DNA of 64,000 bases from Octopus bimaculoides (taxonomy: Eukaryota), in assembly GCF_001194135.2 (NCBI RefSeq), contig NC_069004.1, positions 20,220,599 to 20,284,598 of the forward strand. Reading direction: 5' to 3'. Positions 25,960 to 38,858 of the stretch are shown piece after piece. How positions within the stretch are numbered: position 1 is the stretch's first letter; every line of letters starts with the position of its first letter. A program made the translations under genes and the position numbers. Under the pieces are notes generated by a model. That model ran no database searches. It saw nothing but the letters and a program-made list of their open reading frames with translations, and was not told the origin of the DNA.

Positions 25960-26650
25960 AACAAAAAGGGGAAAGCAATAGGGGTGGGAAATTTCACAAG
26001 ATCTGGGTTTTTCCTTCATAACTTATAGGAAATTTTGTTTTTTTTTTTAAATTAAATTTTATATAATTACCTTTCAACCGGCATAGATTATGATTATGAA
26101 GAAGTTTGTGGGAAAATATTTTCCAAGGTGTAAGGAGAAGACTTCGGAAAATTTACAAGATCCAAGTTTTTCGCCCATAACTTGCTGACAGTTTATCATG
26201 GATAGCAGGTATAAATCCAAATTTTAAATATTCCTCTGAATATTGACAAACTTTTTTACTTGTACTACTCGTTTTATGTATTTTTGAATTGGCATAACTA
26301 TAGATTTCTGTGCCCCTGACTTTGGATGATCATAACTTTCAGAAAAATGGAAATTTTTTAATGAAATTGTCTATGAATATGTGTTATGTAGATTGTAGAT
26401 TCCAAAAAAAGCTCAAACGTGGAATTATTCCATTCAATATCATGTTTATTATAGAGATTATGCAACAAATTATGCTTTACACTTCTATATTTAACTGTGC
26501 ATGTATATTCCTTATTTTTGCTTCTGGTGTCGGAAAGATTTCCTCCCACCCCACCCCATTTTCTCGCAAAGTATTGTTCTTTGCATTTTTTTTTTTGCCA
26601 AAAATCCACCTTTTCGGATAGATTCTGGAAAATTGCCAGAAATCGGAATT
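25960..26650 (+). repeat. Unclassified interspersed repeat; a related copy lies inverted at 29310-29610
   Basis: GATGATCATAACTTTCAGAAAAAT..AAATTGTCTATGAATATGTGTTAT (26325-26390) matches the reverse complement of 29510-29580. Confidence 0.55.
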
Positions 26651-26654
26651 TTTA

Positions 26655-29310
26655 AATTGGACGATTTGACTGGGGACTGGCGAACCAGATGGCTACACCA
26701 GGCTCCAATCTGATTTGGCAGAATTTCTACAGCTGGATGCCCTTCCTAACACCAACTCCGAGAGTGTAGTGGGTGCTTTTACATGCCACCGGCACTAAGG
26801 CCAGTCAGGCGGTACTGGCAACGGCCACGCTCAAAATGGTGTATTTTACGTGCCACCTGCACAGGAGTCAGTCCAGTGGCACTGGCAACGATCTCGCTCG
26901 AATGTTTTTTCACGTGCCACTGGCACAAGTGCCAGTAAGGCGACGCTGGTAACGATCACGCTCAAATGGTGCTATTTACGTGCCAATGGCATGGAAACCA
27001 GACAGCTGCTCTGGCAATGATCATACTCGGACGGTGCTCTTAGCACTCCACTGGCACAGATGCCCCAACAGGTCTTCGCAAGCTGAGTTTAGTGTCCAAT
27101 GAAGGAGAGGTTGGTATGAGTGTCAGTCATCGAATTTGGTTCGATTTCGATTTCACTTGCCTCAACAGGTTTTTGCAAGTGGAGTTTAGTGTCCAATGAA
27201 GGAAAGGTACACATAAGTGGGCTGGCTACACCCCTGGCAGAGGCCTCGGATTATGGTCTCACTTGACTTGCCGGGTCTTCTCATGTACAGCATATTTCCA
27301 AAGGTCTTGGTCACAAGTCATTGCCTCGGTGAGGCCTAATCTTCGAAGGTCATGCTTCATCACCTCATCCTAGGTCTTCATGGGTCTACCTCTTCCACAA
27401 GTTCCTTCAACCGCTAGGGTGTGGAAATTTTTCACACAGCTATCCTCATCCATTCTCGCCACATGACCATACCAGCACAATCGTCTCTCTTGCACACCAC
27501 AACTGATGCTTTTTAGGTTCAACTTTTCTCTCAAGGGATTACACACTGTCGAGTATGCACACTGACATTACACATCCATCAGAGCATACTGGTATCATTC
27601 CTTGCTAGCTTACGCATGTCCTCAGCTGTCACGGCCCATGTTTCACTGCCATGTAGCATGGCTGTTCGTACACATGCATCATACAGTCTGCCTTTTACTC
27701 TGAGCGAGAGGCCCTTTGTCACCAGCAGAGGTAAGAGCTCTCTGAACTTTGCCCAGGCTATTCTTATTCTAGCAGCTACACTTTCAGCACCCCCCCCCTA
27801 CTAATTTGGTCACCTAGATAATGGAAGCTATCAACTGCATCTAGTTTTTCTCTCTGGAATGTGGCAGAAGTTGTTTTCTGCACATTTTCAGTGTTTATTG
27901 CTCCTGAACATACAAAAACTAACTTCCCAGTTAGCCTTCCTTTGAAATTGCTGCACCTCTTATGTGTCCAGCAGGGCCATTTACCTGAAGGGGTTTGTGT
28001 TTTGTTTACCTCCCTACTTATTAGGACTTTGGTTTTAGCTAGGTTGACTCTAAGGCCCTTCGATTCTAGTCCTTGCTTCCTCACCTGAAACTTCTCTAGT
28101 TCTGATAGTGACTCAGCAATTAGCGCAAGGTCATCAGCATAGAGGAGCCCCCAGAGGCATCCTGTCTTGAATTCCTGTGTTATTGACTGGAGGACTATGA
28201 TAAATAGGAGGGGGCTGAGGACTGAACCTTGGTGGACCCCTACCTCTACCCAGAATTCTTCACTGTACTTGTCTTCAACCCTCACCTTACTGACAGCGTC
28301 TCTGTACATGGCTCACACAGCTCTCACTAACCATTCTTCTATCCCTAGTTTCCTCATTGACCACCAGATAAGGAATCAGGGGACCCTGACAAAAGCTTTC
28401 TCCATGTCAATGAAAGCCAGATACAGAGGTTTATCTTTGGCTAGGTATTTCTCCTGCAGCTGTCTTACCAGAAATATAGCATCAGTGGTGCTTTTCCCTG
28501 GCACAAACCCAAACTGCATCTCATCTACACTGACTCTCTCCCTAATTAGTTGGGATATGACCCTCTCCTTGACCTTCATTACTTGGTCCATCAACTTGAT
28601 ACCTCTGTAATTATTTGTATCTAAAGTGTCACCTTTACCTTTGTAGCAATTGACTATGGTGCTGCTACACTAGTCATTGGGTATGACTCCTTCGTGTATC
28701 ACCTGGTTAACAATACGAGTGACTAGGCTATAGCCGACACTGCCAGATATTTTGAGCATCTCTGCAGTGATTCCTGATGGGCTGGGGACTTTCCCTGTCT
28801 TCATACTCTTAGTTGCTTTATCTACCACGGTACTGTCAACTTGGATAGCTGGTCCCTCTGTTGGGTCGATATTCGGCAGACTCTTTTTCTCCCATTCATT
28901 CTCTTTATTGAGCAAACTTTCATAGTGGCGTCTCCAAACCTCTCTCTTTGCGGCCTTGTTTAGAGCAAGTGTACCATCATCCATGTGGACACATTTCTCT
29001 CCTACAACACCACGATTCTCTCTCACACACTGTCTTGCAACATGAAATTCCTCAAGTCTTTGGTCCTCACAGCACAGAACACTGACAATTTTTTTTCTTA
29101 TCTGCTTCCCCTCTGGCTAAATAAACCTGTCATCTAGCTTCCCTTCTGGCAGTCTGATACAATTCCCTGCTACCACCGTTCTTCCAGTCCTTCCAGGCCT
29201 GTTTCTTTTGTCTAATAGCCCTGTCAACAACATTGTACCACTACCACATTATTTTGGTCGTGAGGAGACTTTGCACCATCCACAGATCTGGTCAGTGGCC
29301 CTCAGTTCTC
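26655..29310 (-). mobile_element. RTE LINE, 5'-truncated, ORF2 broken into frames, with full repeat-rich 3' UTR
   Basis: ORFs 28670-29026, 28376-28594 and 27776-28309 (FGFVPGKSTTDAIF, FIDMEKAF, GVHQGSVLSPLLF, LLYADDLAL); same family as 1-2550. Confidence 0.9.
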
Positions 29311-30235
29311 TAAATTAGCCCCTAATTGTTTTCCCCTAAAATTCCCATATCCTCGGAATCTACATAGTCCGAGGTATATTTGTAGAGAATTTCATTAAAA
29401 AATATCCATTTTCTTGAAAGTTAAGATGAATTAGACTCCAGTGAATTTTCTGAAATTCCCCACCCTAACTCCTCCTAAAACACCAAATTTTGTATATTCG
29501 GAACCTACATGATATAACACATATTCATAGACAATTTCTCTTTAAAAATATCTATTTTTTTGAAAGTTATGATCATCAAAAGGCAGTGTGTACATGTGCG
29601 CGCGAAAATTNNNNNNNNNNNNNNNNNNNNNNNNNNNNNNNNNNNNNNNNNNNNNNNNNNNNNNNNNNNNNNNNNNNNNNNNNNNNNNNNNNNNNNNNNN
29701 NNNNNNNNNNNNNNNNNNNNNNNNNNNNNNNNNNNNNNNNNNNNNNNNNNNNNNNNNNNNNNNNNNNNNNNNNNNNNNNNNNNNNNNNNNNNNNNNNNNN
29801 NNNNNNNNNNNNNNNNNNNNNNNNNNNNNNNNNNNNNNNNNNNNNNNNNNNNNNNNNNNNNNNNNNNNNNNNNNNNNNNNNNNNNNNNNNNNNNNNNNNN
29901 NNNNNNNNNNNNNNNNNNNNNNNNNNNNNNNNNNNNNNNNNNNNNNNNNNNNNNNNNNNNNNNNNNNNNNNNNNNNNNNNNNNNNNNNNNNNNNNNNNNN
30001 NNNNNNNNNNNNNNNNNNNNNNNNNNNNNNNNNNNNNNNNNNNNNNNNNNNNNNNNNNNNNNNNNNNNNNNNNNNNNNNNNNNNNNNNNNNNNNNNNNNN
30101 NNNNNNNNNNNNNNNNNNNNNNNNNNNNNNNNNNNNNNNNNNNNNNNNNNNNNNNNNNNNNNNNNNNNNNNNNNNNNNNNNNNNNNNNNNNNNNNNNNNN
30201 NNNNNNNNNNNNNNNNNNNNNNNNNNNNNNNNNNN

Positions 30236-30680
30236 TGGCCACGCTCAAAATGGTGTATTTTGTGTGCCACTCGCACAAGAGCCAGTCCAGGGGCACTGGC
30301 AACGATCTCGCTCGAAAGTCCTTAGACATGCCGCGGGCACAAGTGCCAGAAAGGCGATGCTGGGCACAGGTGCCATCACAATTTCGCTTTCGCTTGCCCC
30401 AATAAGTCTTTGTATCCAATGAAGGAGACGATGTTGGCATGGGTGCCAGTCGTCGAATTTAACTCGATTTCGATTTCACTTGCCTCAACAGGTCTTCGCA
30501 AGTGGAGTTTCGTGGACTGGCTGAGGCCTCAGATTTAGATCTCACTTGGCTTGCTGGGTTTTCTCACACACAGCATTTGGCAGAGTTTCTACAGCTGGAT
30601 GCCCTTCCTAAACGCCAAACACTCAGAAAGTGTAGTGGGTGCTTTTACGTGCCATCGGCATGAAGGCCAGTCAGGCGGTA
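30236..30680 (-). mobile_element. RTE 3' UTR/tail fragments beside a gap
   Basis: Same ~65-bp units (CTGGCAACGATCTCGCTC) and TGCCTCAACAGGTCTTCGCAAGTGGAG motif as 26781-27200. Confidence 0.75.
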
Positions 30681-30719
30681 TACGTGTGTGTGTGTGTGTG
30701 TGTGTGTTTGTTTGCGTTA

Positions 30720-30907
30720 TGAGTTCCATAAATCTCTCTCTCTGTCCTCTCTTCCTTCACTGATGCTACCCCTCACTTCCACTCCATTTCAACCCATTCA
30801 ATTCTTTCNNNNNNNNNNTGAGTTCCATAAATCTCTCTCTCTGTCCTCTCTTCCTTCACTGATGCTACCCCTCACTTCCACTCCATTTCAACCCATTCAA
30901 TTCTTTC
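30720..30907. other. Probable assembly artefact: 89-bp duplication across a 10-N gap
   Basis: 30720-30808 is repeated at 30819-30907, with N at 30809-30818. Confidence 0.8.
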
Positions 30908-32072
30908 ATCCCTCACTGTTGCCAGAGAGACACATCCGCACACATATGTGTCTCCAGTTTATTTCTTCATAGGGAATTAAGATGGCATTGACCGACTAGT
31001 TCTATACTACATACACACACGCACACACCACACCACACACGCATTTGTAATTACCTTCTCACACACCACTGAATCGAAGGAGATAATATTCCCTCTTTAG
31101 TGACATCAGATCTTATGAATATGATGAAAACGACCTGTTGTCTCTAAAGTATCCAAAATTTGATTAAAATTGTCCACAGAAGGGATGTAAAGACTCATTC
31201 TCAAATTTCCCCTTTCTATATTGGTGTACTAAACTGTGTACAAGAGGTATAAAAATTCAGCATAACTACACATGCCTCACCAAAATGTTACCATGCTACA
31301 TGTTGCTATACATGCACAACATATTATTGGCTATTGTAATACTGACATCATCCTCGCAAACCTATTATGTTATCAAAAAAATATAACAACCATATATATA
31401 TGTATAATAGTTACCACGTGAACTGCAATGAAAAAATATGAGAAAGATATGGTATAATTTTTTTCTGCAGGGGTTCCTTGAGACATAATTTATTTTAAGG
31501 GTTACGCATGGATAAAAAGGTTGAGAAACTCTGCTCTACACACTCCAATCTCATTTTCATCATGGCTATCAATTCTTTAAATAACGTCATCCCTTATGAT
31601 GTATCCAGAACCCAACCAACTGCATCAACTTTTTAATGACATTATAAATTACATAAATCTTTACATGTGTTTCATTAGTGTATCCTAGTACAACATGCAA
31701 TAATTGTTACAGACAATTGCATATTGTGCTTAGAATACCAGATCATCAGAAGTAATATGTAATTTAATCAATTGTTGGTTATCTACTTTAGTTGATAGGC
31801 ATAGCAAAACTGAAAATTGTGTATAATCTGAAAGTTATACTATAAGGAAAGGAATGTTATTTTTATTAGTGAGATAAAGAAAGAAGGTGAGAAAGAATGC
31901 AGTCAGGATTCCAAAGAAGAGAAGAAATTGACTCCTAAACTATTTGGATCATAGAAAGTATAAAGTTAACAACAAATGGCTAAGCATTTGGTGGTAGAAA
32001 AGTTTGGACAGTACATGCCTATTCATTCATATGTGCTCATGCATACAAAAGGTAGTACAAATACTCACTTAC

Positions 32073-32114
32073 ATGCATACATGCACACTTCATTTTTTAT
32101 TACTGTACCATTAC
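32073..32114 (-). CDS. Candidate micro-exon, 42 nt, phase 1 to phase 1
   Basis: Acceptor ttattttcttctctccttgagctag|G and donor CAT|GTAAGT. Only one frame is open: (G)NGTVIKNEVCMYA. Confidence 0.4.
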
Positions 32115-32779
32115 CTAGCTCAAGGAGAGAAGAAAATAAGAGCTCAATCTCATTTGTGACAGTAAACAATTTTGTTCATATATCTAGAATTGGGGTGTAT
32201 GCTAGTCACCTACTGGTCAGGTTCATAAGGTCAGGTTATAAGTGTGTGCCCTTATCTCATGTGAAAAGTCATAAATGAGGGTCACTGTAATACCAACAGT
32301 GTCATTCATTTCCAGTGTTCTGGAAACAGAAAGAGTACCCCAAAATTTAAAAAAATCTGCCTCAATACACATGCACAGATATAGGAAGGTTTCTACACAG
32401 ATCCTACCCAAATGTCATTTACAAAGTATTGATCAACAAAGAGCAACAGTAGAAGACACCAACCCAGTACATTGTGCAGAAGAAATCTAGAACACATTGT
32501 GAAACAACCATGTCCATTTTTCCTTTTCTATCCACCAGTTTGGAAGCACTATAAAAAGATTATGGATGCCATGCTACTTCTTAGAATGCACTCAGTGTTG
32601 AATCCCCAATTAATGATAATAGAGATTAATAAAGTTTAACCCTTTTGACACCAACCCACCAGAGACAAACTTTCTGTTTAAAGTGATTTGTATTAAAACT
32701 CCAAATTTCTATATCAGTTTACATTTTAATAATGACAAAACTATTTTATTAAATTCTTCATTATTTTAACTATTCTTCC

Positions 32780-33312
32780 TTACACTTTTGCCGTCTCCTA
32801 CTCTTTCCCTCCAGCTGGGTAGCCATATATCTCCTCTACAACAGCACACCTATTTCTGTCCTTATTCTTGGTCACTCTCTCTCACTGGTTAACTATGTAC
32901 CTCCTCTATAGCAAGACACCTATTCTGTCACACTAACCTTTCATCATCTGACATGAGTACCCCTCCTCAAATGCCTCTGCCCATCTCATAATTCCTTGTC
33001 TTGCAAGTTACATGGTGACCCTGCCAGTGCTGGTGCCATGCAAAAAGCATCCAGTCCACACTGTAAAGTGGTTGGCATTTGGAAGGGCATCCAGCTGTAA
33101 AAATCATACCAAAACTAACCTTGTCTGTGCTAGTGCCACGTAAAAAGCATTGAGTCCACTCTGCAGAATGGCTGGTGTTAGGAAGGACATCCAGCCATAA
33201 AAACCCTGCCAAAACACAGTAGCATAGGGAATTTTTCTACTTGGCCAGCTCCTGTGAACTGTCCTATCCATGCATGCATGGGAAATGGACAGTAAATGAT
33301 GATGATGATGAT
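32780..33312 (+). mobile_element. RTE-tail-type non-autonomous insertion ending in (GAT)n
   Basis: AAAGCATCCAGTCCACACTGTAAAGTGGTTGGCATTTGGAAGGGCATCCAGCTGT module twice; CCATGCATGCATGGGAAATGGAC..(GAT)n at 33295-33312. A similar copy lies at 35000-35460. Confidence 0.65.
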
Positions 33313-33737
33313 AAATATGCTAATGAAAGGTTTAAAGAGCTAAATATTAAGTAACAGCAAAAGATTTTCTCATGTTATAAAACCTCAAACTTTTATAACA
33401 TGAACAAATTAGTTCCATTAGTTAGGGAAGATGAAAGATCAAGACCAGGATATTTTGCACAAACTACAAAAAAGAGTTTATTACTTCACAGGACTCAAAA
33501 TTTCATGTGGAACAGAAAGAATTACTTATCAATCCTGCAGCACAAATAGGCAGGAGAGATGAGGCATTTGTGATGATATAACTACTGTTTCTTTGGCAAT
33601 CCAAACATTACTAAAGTCTTCATTTTGTCATAGTATTGTAGCCTAGATTTGCAGCTCTTGTGAAGTGATATGTAGCTACAAAAAATAAATTAAAAATTTT
33701 TTTAAATCTCAAAATATTATTGAAACATTATTATAAG

Positions 33738-34060
33738 CATGGCTGTGTGGTAAGAAGCTTGCTTCTGAAGTACATGGATTTGGATTCAGTCCCACTGCAT
33801 GGCACCTTGGGCAAGTGTCTACTATAGCCCTAGGCCTTTTGAATGGATGTGGTAGACAAACTGAAAAATGTTTGTCATGTATATGTGTTTGTCCCAACAA
33901 ATGGTGTTAGGTTGTTTATATCCTTGTAACTTAGTGGTTTGGTAAAGGAGCCTGGTAGAACAAGTACCAGGCTTAAATGTTCTGGGGTTGATTTGTTTGA
34001 CTAAATCCTTCAAGGTAGTGGCCCAGCCTGGCCACAGTCCAACAACTGAAACAAGTTAAC
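33738..34060 (+). mobile_element. Composite SINE, decayed
   Basis: Same head and second module as 22213-22630, with CpG-to-TpG changes. Confidence 0.75.
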
Positions 34061-35789
34061 ACATATATATGAAGTCTTAGTATAAGCTATATATTGTAAA
34101 TTTGAATAAGCTTGAGAAGAAGCTCAGTTTTATTTGTGACTTAATACAACTGGCATAGGGTATTACAATGTTTCGCCTCCCTAAATGTCTTGCAAAAATA
34201 CACAAGTATCTTCTATAGTCCTACTGTGTGGTACATTGGGAAGTGTCTTCTACAATGCAGTAATCCCTCGCCATATCATAGTTCATTATTTAAGCTTATG
34301 TTGATTCCTGTGGTGTAGTTTTGCATTTATAACAAAATAAATACATACAAATTATAAAAATAGAAAAAATATACAGTACAGTAGTTTCTACTTCATAGAT
34401 TTTCATTTATCGGTGGGGATGGGGTGGAACCTAACAACTGCGATAGTCTAGCAATTGCTGTAGACCTACTGCATGGTACCTTGGGCAAGTGTCTTCTACT
34501 ATAGTCCCTTGTGAGTGAATTTGGTACATGAAAACCAAAATAGCTCAGCGTATGTATGTATACCCTTGTCTTGACATCATGTAATGCTTGTAAATGAATA
34601 TTATCATCATCATATAAGCGATGTTGTCGGTTTCCAGTCTTCAGTGAAAAATGTGTCTGGCCATTACGAAATATTATCTTGCTTGGAAACAGGTGAGGGT
34701 TGGTGACAAGAATGACATCAGGCTATAAAAAAATCACTTTTGAATTCTTGTCTGATTAAATGATAGGTGTACATACACACAGACATGATGATGTGTGTTA
34801 AAGAGTTGTGCTGATGGAACTAGATTGTTAAAATGAGTGGTTGCAAAGCAAAACATTGGTCAACATTCTATACTACAAACATCAGATGTTGAGCCTCACA
34901 GAAATGACGAAAGATTGAGATCATTGGTGATTTGCTAGCTTGAGAAGACCCATCCAAGTAAAATTGCGATGATAAAGGTATGTCATTTATGTCCATGCTA
35001 CTACACACAATCTGTTCCTGGCAAATTTCCCTCCCTCAATTATCTAACACCCCCATTCCTTCACCAGGATAGCATCCACTTCTATCGCCCACTCTCAGCA
35101 CACTGAACTTGTCCACTCACCTTATCCAATCCTCTGTACCATTTCACATATAAACATCCCTGTAACTTGAGTATACACATAATCTCTTTTTCCAGCCGGG
35201 GTAGCCATGTATCTACTCTACAGAAAGATCCCAGTTTCTGTCCTCTATCATACTCCATCCTCTCATCATCTGACAGAGTCACCCTACTACATTATGTGTC
35301 TTGTTTTGCAAGCTACATGGTGATCTTGGTGGTGTAGGTGCCAGGTAAAAAGTACCCAGTACATTGTATAGTGGTTGGCTTTAGGAAGGGCATCCAGCTA
35401 TAGAAACAATGTCAAAGCGGACAGCTTGCAAGCATGAAAAGTGGATTTTAAATGATGACTACAACCATGGGTTGACTAATAACCCGTGAAGAAATAAGTA
35501 GACAGAAGTTAATGAGGATTGTCATGTGTTTGGACATGTATGATTTCACCTTGCTTTTACAGAATAGTCATCACTGTTTAATGTCCACTTCTCCATACGT
35601 ACTCAAACAAGCTTCTTTCAGTTTCCATCTATCAAATCCACTAATGAAGGTTTGGTTGGTCAAGTGACATCTGTCCAAAAATCTTCATTGCAAGCAAATA
35701 ATGAATTCCACACAGTAGCAACCTGCTGACACTGAGTTCTTGATAAAAGGAGAGGTGCAGGACACCCTGCACCCACAAAAGGCCCAAAG

Positions 35790-36720
35790 TTATTTACAGA
35801 GGTGACTACTGACAAGAGCAGTGTGTGCAGATGGAGAGTAATTTAAAGGGAAAACCAACATTGAAGTCAAGCCATGCAGTGAAACCAACAACTACAACCA
35901 CTGACACAAACCACCAGTAGGTGGATAAACTGATTCATGTTGACAGACAGGTCACAATTCATGAACTTGCTGCACAACCAGATCATATCATAATGCATTA
36001 TAGAATATGGAAGCCTTCATATATCAAAATGCATGAGCAAAGTGAGTTTCTTGGCAAGTGACATCTAACATCAAAGAGAAATGATCTGAGCTAATCTGCT
36101 GAAAGTGTTTGAATCCAATCAAGGCCAGTCAACACTCCAATCTGATGACAGGGGATGAAACATGAACATTTTTTTTTTATTGAACCAGACATGAAGAATC
36201 TGTCCATGGAATGGTATCACACTTCTTTAAAGTCTAAAGAAATTTAAGAGCCAGTGATAGATACGGGAAGTAATAGTGACTGTTTCAGGGGATGACAAGA
36301 GTAACATTCTCATGATTTTCTAAAAGATGGCTACTTCATGAAAAGCAGAGACACTCAAGAGGCTTAAAAAGGAAGTGACTGAACATGAATCTGAAAACAA
36401 ACCATATTCACCATGACAATGCTTGACCATATATGTGTAACAACAAATCAAATGACTGGCAGATTGGGATCCCCCCCCCACCTACACTGAACTTGAATCT
36501 GGCAGTTTTCAACTTCCACTTCTTCAACCCAATGAAAGACTCTTCAAGGAGGGAGGAGGGCTATAATTTGATGACACAAACAAGGTGTACAACAATGCAC
36601 ACTTGGATTCTGTTGAAGTGGATTCGAGAGTTGGGTTAAACAAGGGTGCAAATGCATTGCTTGTGATGGGGACTATGAATAGTGCCTTTAGGAAGAGTAT
36701 GTATATTCTATAAATATATC
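35790..36720 (+). mobile_element. mariner transposase remnant
   Basis: MTGDET*, EP..KNLSMEWYH, IHHDNA, PPPTLNLNLAV..FHFFNPMKDS (decayed HPPYSPDLAPSDFHLF..MK) segments. Confidence 0.65.
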
Positions 36721-36879
36721 TTTTGCTTGCTTCAGACATTAGATTGCAGCAGTGTTGGGGGAACAGAAATTTTGTTAAATGAAACCACTCTAGTAAGTTT
36801 TTTTTAAAAAAAGTCTGGTACCTATTCTATCAATCTCTTTTGCAAAATGACTAAGTTACAGGGATGTAAACATACTCTA

Positions 36880-38150
36880 TTTTTGATATGCTCAGCTCAG
36901 AAATGTTTAAGACACTTGCTCTTGCACTTATGCATGGTGCTAGTCTCCTGTTGTAGGAACCAGCAGTAGTTACCCATCATGTGTGGATTGAACCGGCTTT
37001 GATGCCTTATTTCTATCTCAGATATGTCCTGGTCAAACTTCTCACCATGCTCATCACTAATAACATCAAGATTCAATGGGGAAAAAAAAAAATCAAGATG
37101 AGAATGCAAGAAGTGCATTTTAAGGGACATTTAGCATCCCATTCTTTCATATGTTGTTAGCATGTCGCTTATTAAATCAGCATAGTTTTCAGCTCTGGTT
37201 TCCAAGAAAGTTCTCAACTAACACAAATGAATCCCATGCTGTCAGCTCAACTAGATTCAGTTAACCTCTAAATTTGCCACCAGACATCAACTCTGATCTC
37301 AGGTCCAATGAAATTGCCTGCTTTCAGTTTTGTGTTCCTTTTCTCTGCACCGAATTTTAGTTTTAGGTACTGGAAGCCACAACCATCATGTGTCATTGCT
37401 TTTACAAAGTTTTTTATGAGGCCAAGTTTGATGTAAGGGGGTGGAAGGAAGATCTTTTGCGGGTCTACCAGTGGCATATGCTGCACATTGTACCGACCAA
37501 CTACGCACTCATTTCTATTAGGCCAGTCTTTTACAGTGTAATGATTGCTGTCATCACGGCTGTTCCAAACACACAAGAAGCACATATTTTTGGTATATCC
37601 CAGCTGCAGTCCTAGGAAGAAGGAAATCACCTTAAAATCAGCACAAATATTCCACTTATGAACCGAGTAATTAACTCCTTTCAGAATGAGTTCCATCAAT
37701 TCATAAGTTTCTTCCATACTGACAACATGACCCACAGGAATGGAAGGTTTTTCATTGCCAACATGTAACAACACAGCTCTGAGGCTAACCATACTTGAGT
37801 ATAAATGATCTCCTTTTGTTAACCACATGCACATGTCCTAGTTTTTGCATGGGTGCATTAACGTCAGTACAGAAACAAGCATTATTTTCTTGCTTGAAAA
37901 AGACAGATAAGCCATCATGGCAAGAACGGAAAATGGAAATTTCAAATGAAGACCGCTTTCATTTTAGCTTATTTATTAATAAGGCCGATATCTGGCCGAA
38001 AGTATAGTTATAATCTTACGCATGTCCATAACTCAAAATCCTGACATGCTAGAACAATTCTGAGTGCAGATTCACTAATGATATATCTGAAAATTAATAT
38101 TAACAAAGAGAATAGAGTGAGCAACTCATTTTATTGCAGTTCTATAATTG
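36880..38150 (-). mobile_element. DNA transposon remnant, probably CMC/Chapaev3-like
   Basis: ICADFKVISFFLGLQLGYTKNMCFLCVWNSR, IFLPPPYIKLGLIKNFVKAM and MSLKMHFLHSHLDFF..SDEHGEKFDQDI..MMGNYCW are the conserved blocks of a widespread invertebrate transposase family. Superfamily label is from recall. Confidence 0.7.
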
Positions 38151-38329
38151 TTTCATTACCGTTTTATCAAAAGTTTATTATGGCTGGAATATAATATTAC
38201 AAAAAAATACTGATTTGATCTATTATTTCACATATTCTATAGTAATGCATTGAGAAAACAATTGTAGAATTATGCAATAAAACGAGTTACTCAATCCCTT
38301 CTCTTTGTTAATGCTTAGCTTATTTGTCA

Positions 38330-38650
38330 TTAGACTGCAGCCCTGATGGGACACCACCTTGAAGAATTTTAGCTGAACGAATTAATCCCAATGCTTATTT
38401 TTTAAAAGCATGGTACCTATTCTCTCCGTCTCCTTTGCTGAACCAACAAGTCATGGGGACGTAATCACACCAACACCATTGTAAAGAGGTAGCAAGAGGA
38501 AACTGCACACATACACAATGGGCTTCTTTCAGTTTCCATATACTAAATCCACTCACAAGACTGGTTGTCTTGAGGTTATAGAAGACACCCAAGGTGTTAC
38601 ACAGTGGGACAATCTGGAAGCAAACTTCTTTCCACACAGTCCCACATGCA
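38330..38650 (-). mobile_element. Composite SINE, decayed
   Basis: Reverse complement of both SINE modules (GCTGAACCAACAAGTCATGGGGACGTAATCACACC; GGGCTTCTTTCAGTTTCC). Confidence 0.7.
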
Positions 38651-38699
38651 TATACATTCTATACAGATAACATACAAGTAATGGACAAGGTGATTGTGT

Positions 38700-38858
38700 G
38701 TATATAGCAGTCGTTCCCAAAATTTTCATTACCAAGGACGGCTTTTACTGAAATGAGTTTTCCCACGGACCCCATGATATTGAAAGGTCTGTCAGCTTAA
38801 AATGTTCACAGACGCTCAGTACTACCTTGCGGGCAGGGTGGGAACCACTAGTATATAG
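38700..38858. mobile_element. 143-bp hAT/Buster MITE (38708-38850) with exact 8-bp target-site duplication
   Basis: GTATATAG at 38700-38707 and 38851-38858; termini CAGTCGTTCCCA and TGGGAACCACTA. Confidence 0.85.

Noticed and set aside
26781-27065. Repeat-spacer-like periodicity suggesting a CRISPR array
   Set aside because: Units are degenerate along their whole length, lie in a LINE 3' UTR, recur with each copy, and there are no cas genes in this eukaryotic context.
31055-31150. Possible minus-strand exon (AAG|GTAATT donor)
   Set aside because: Acceptor is ambiguous and the phases do not fit neighbouring candidates without stops.
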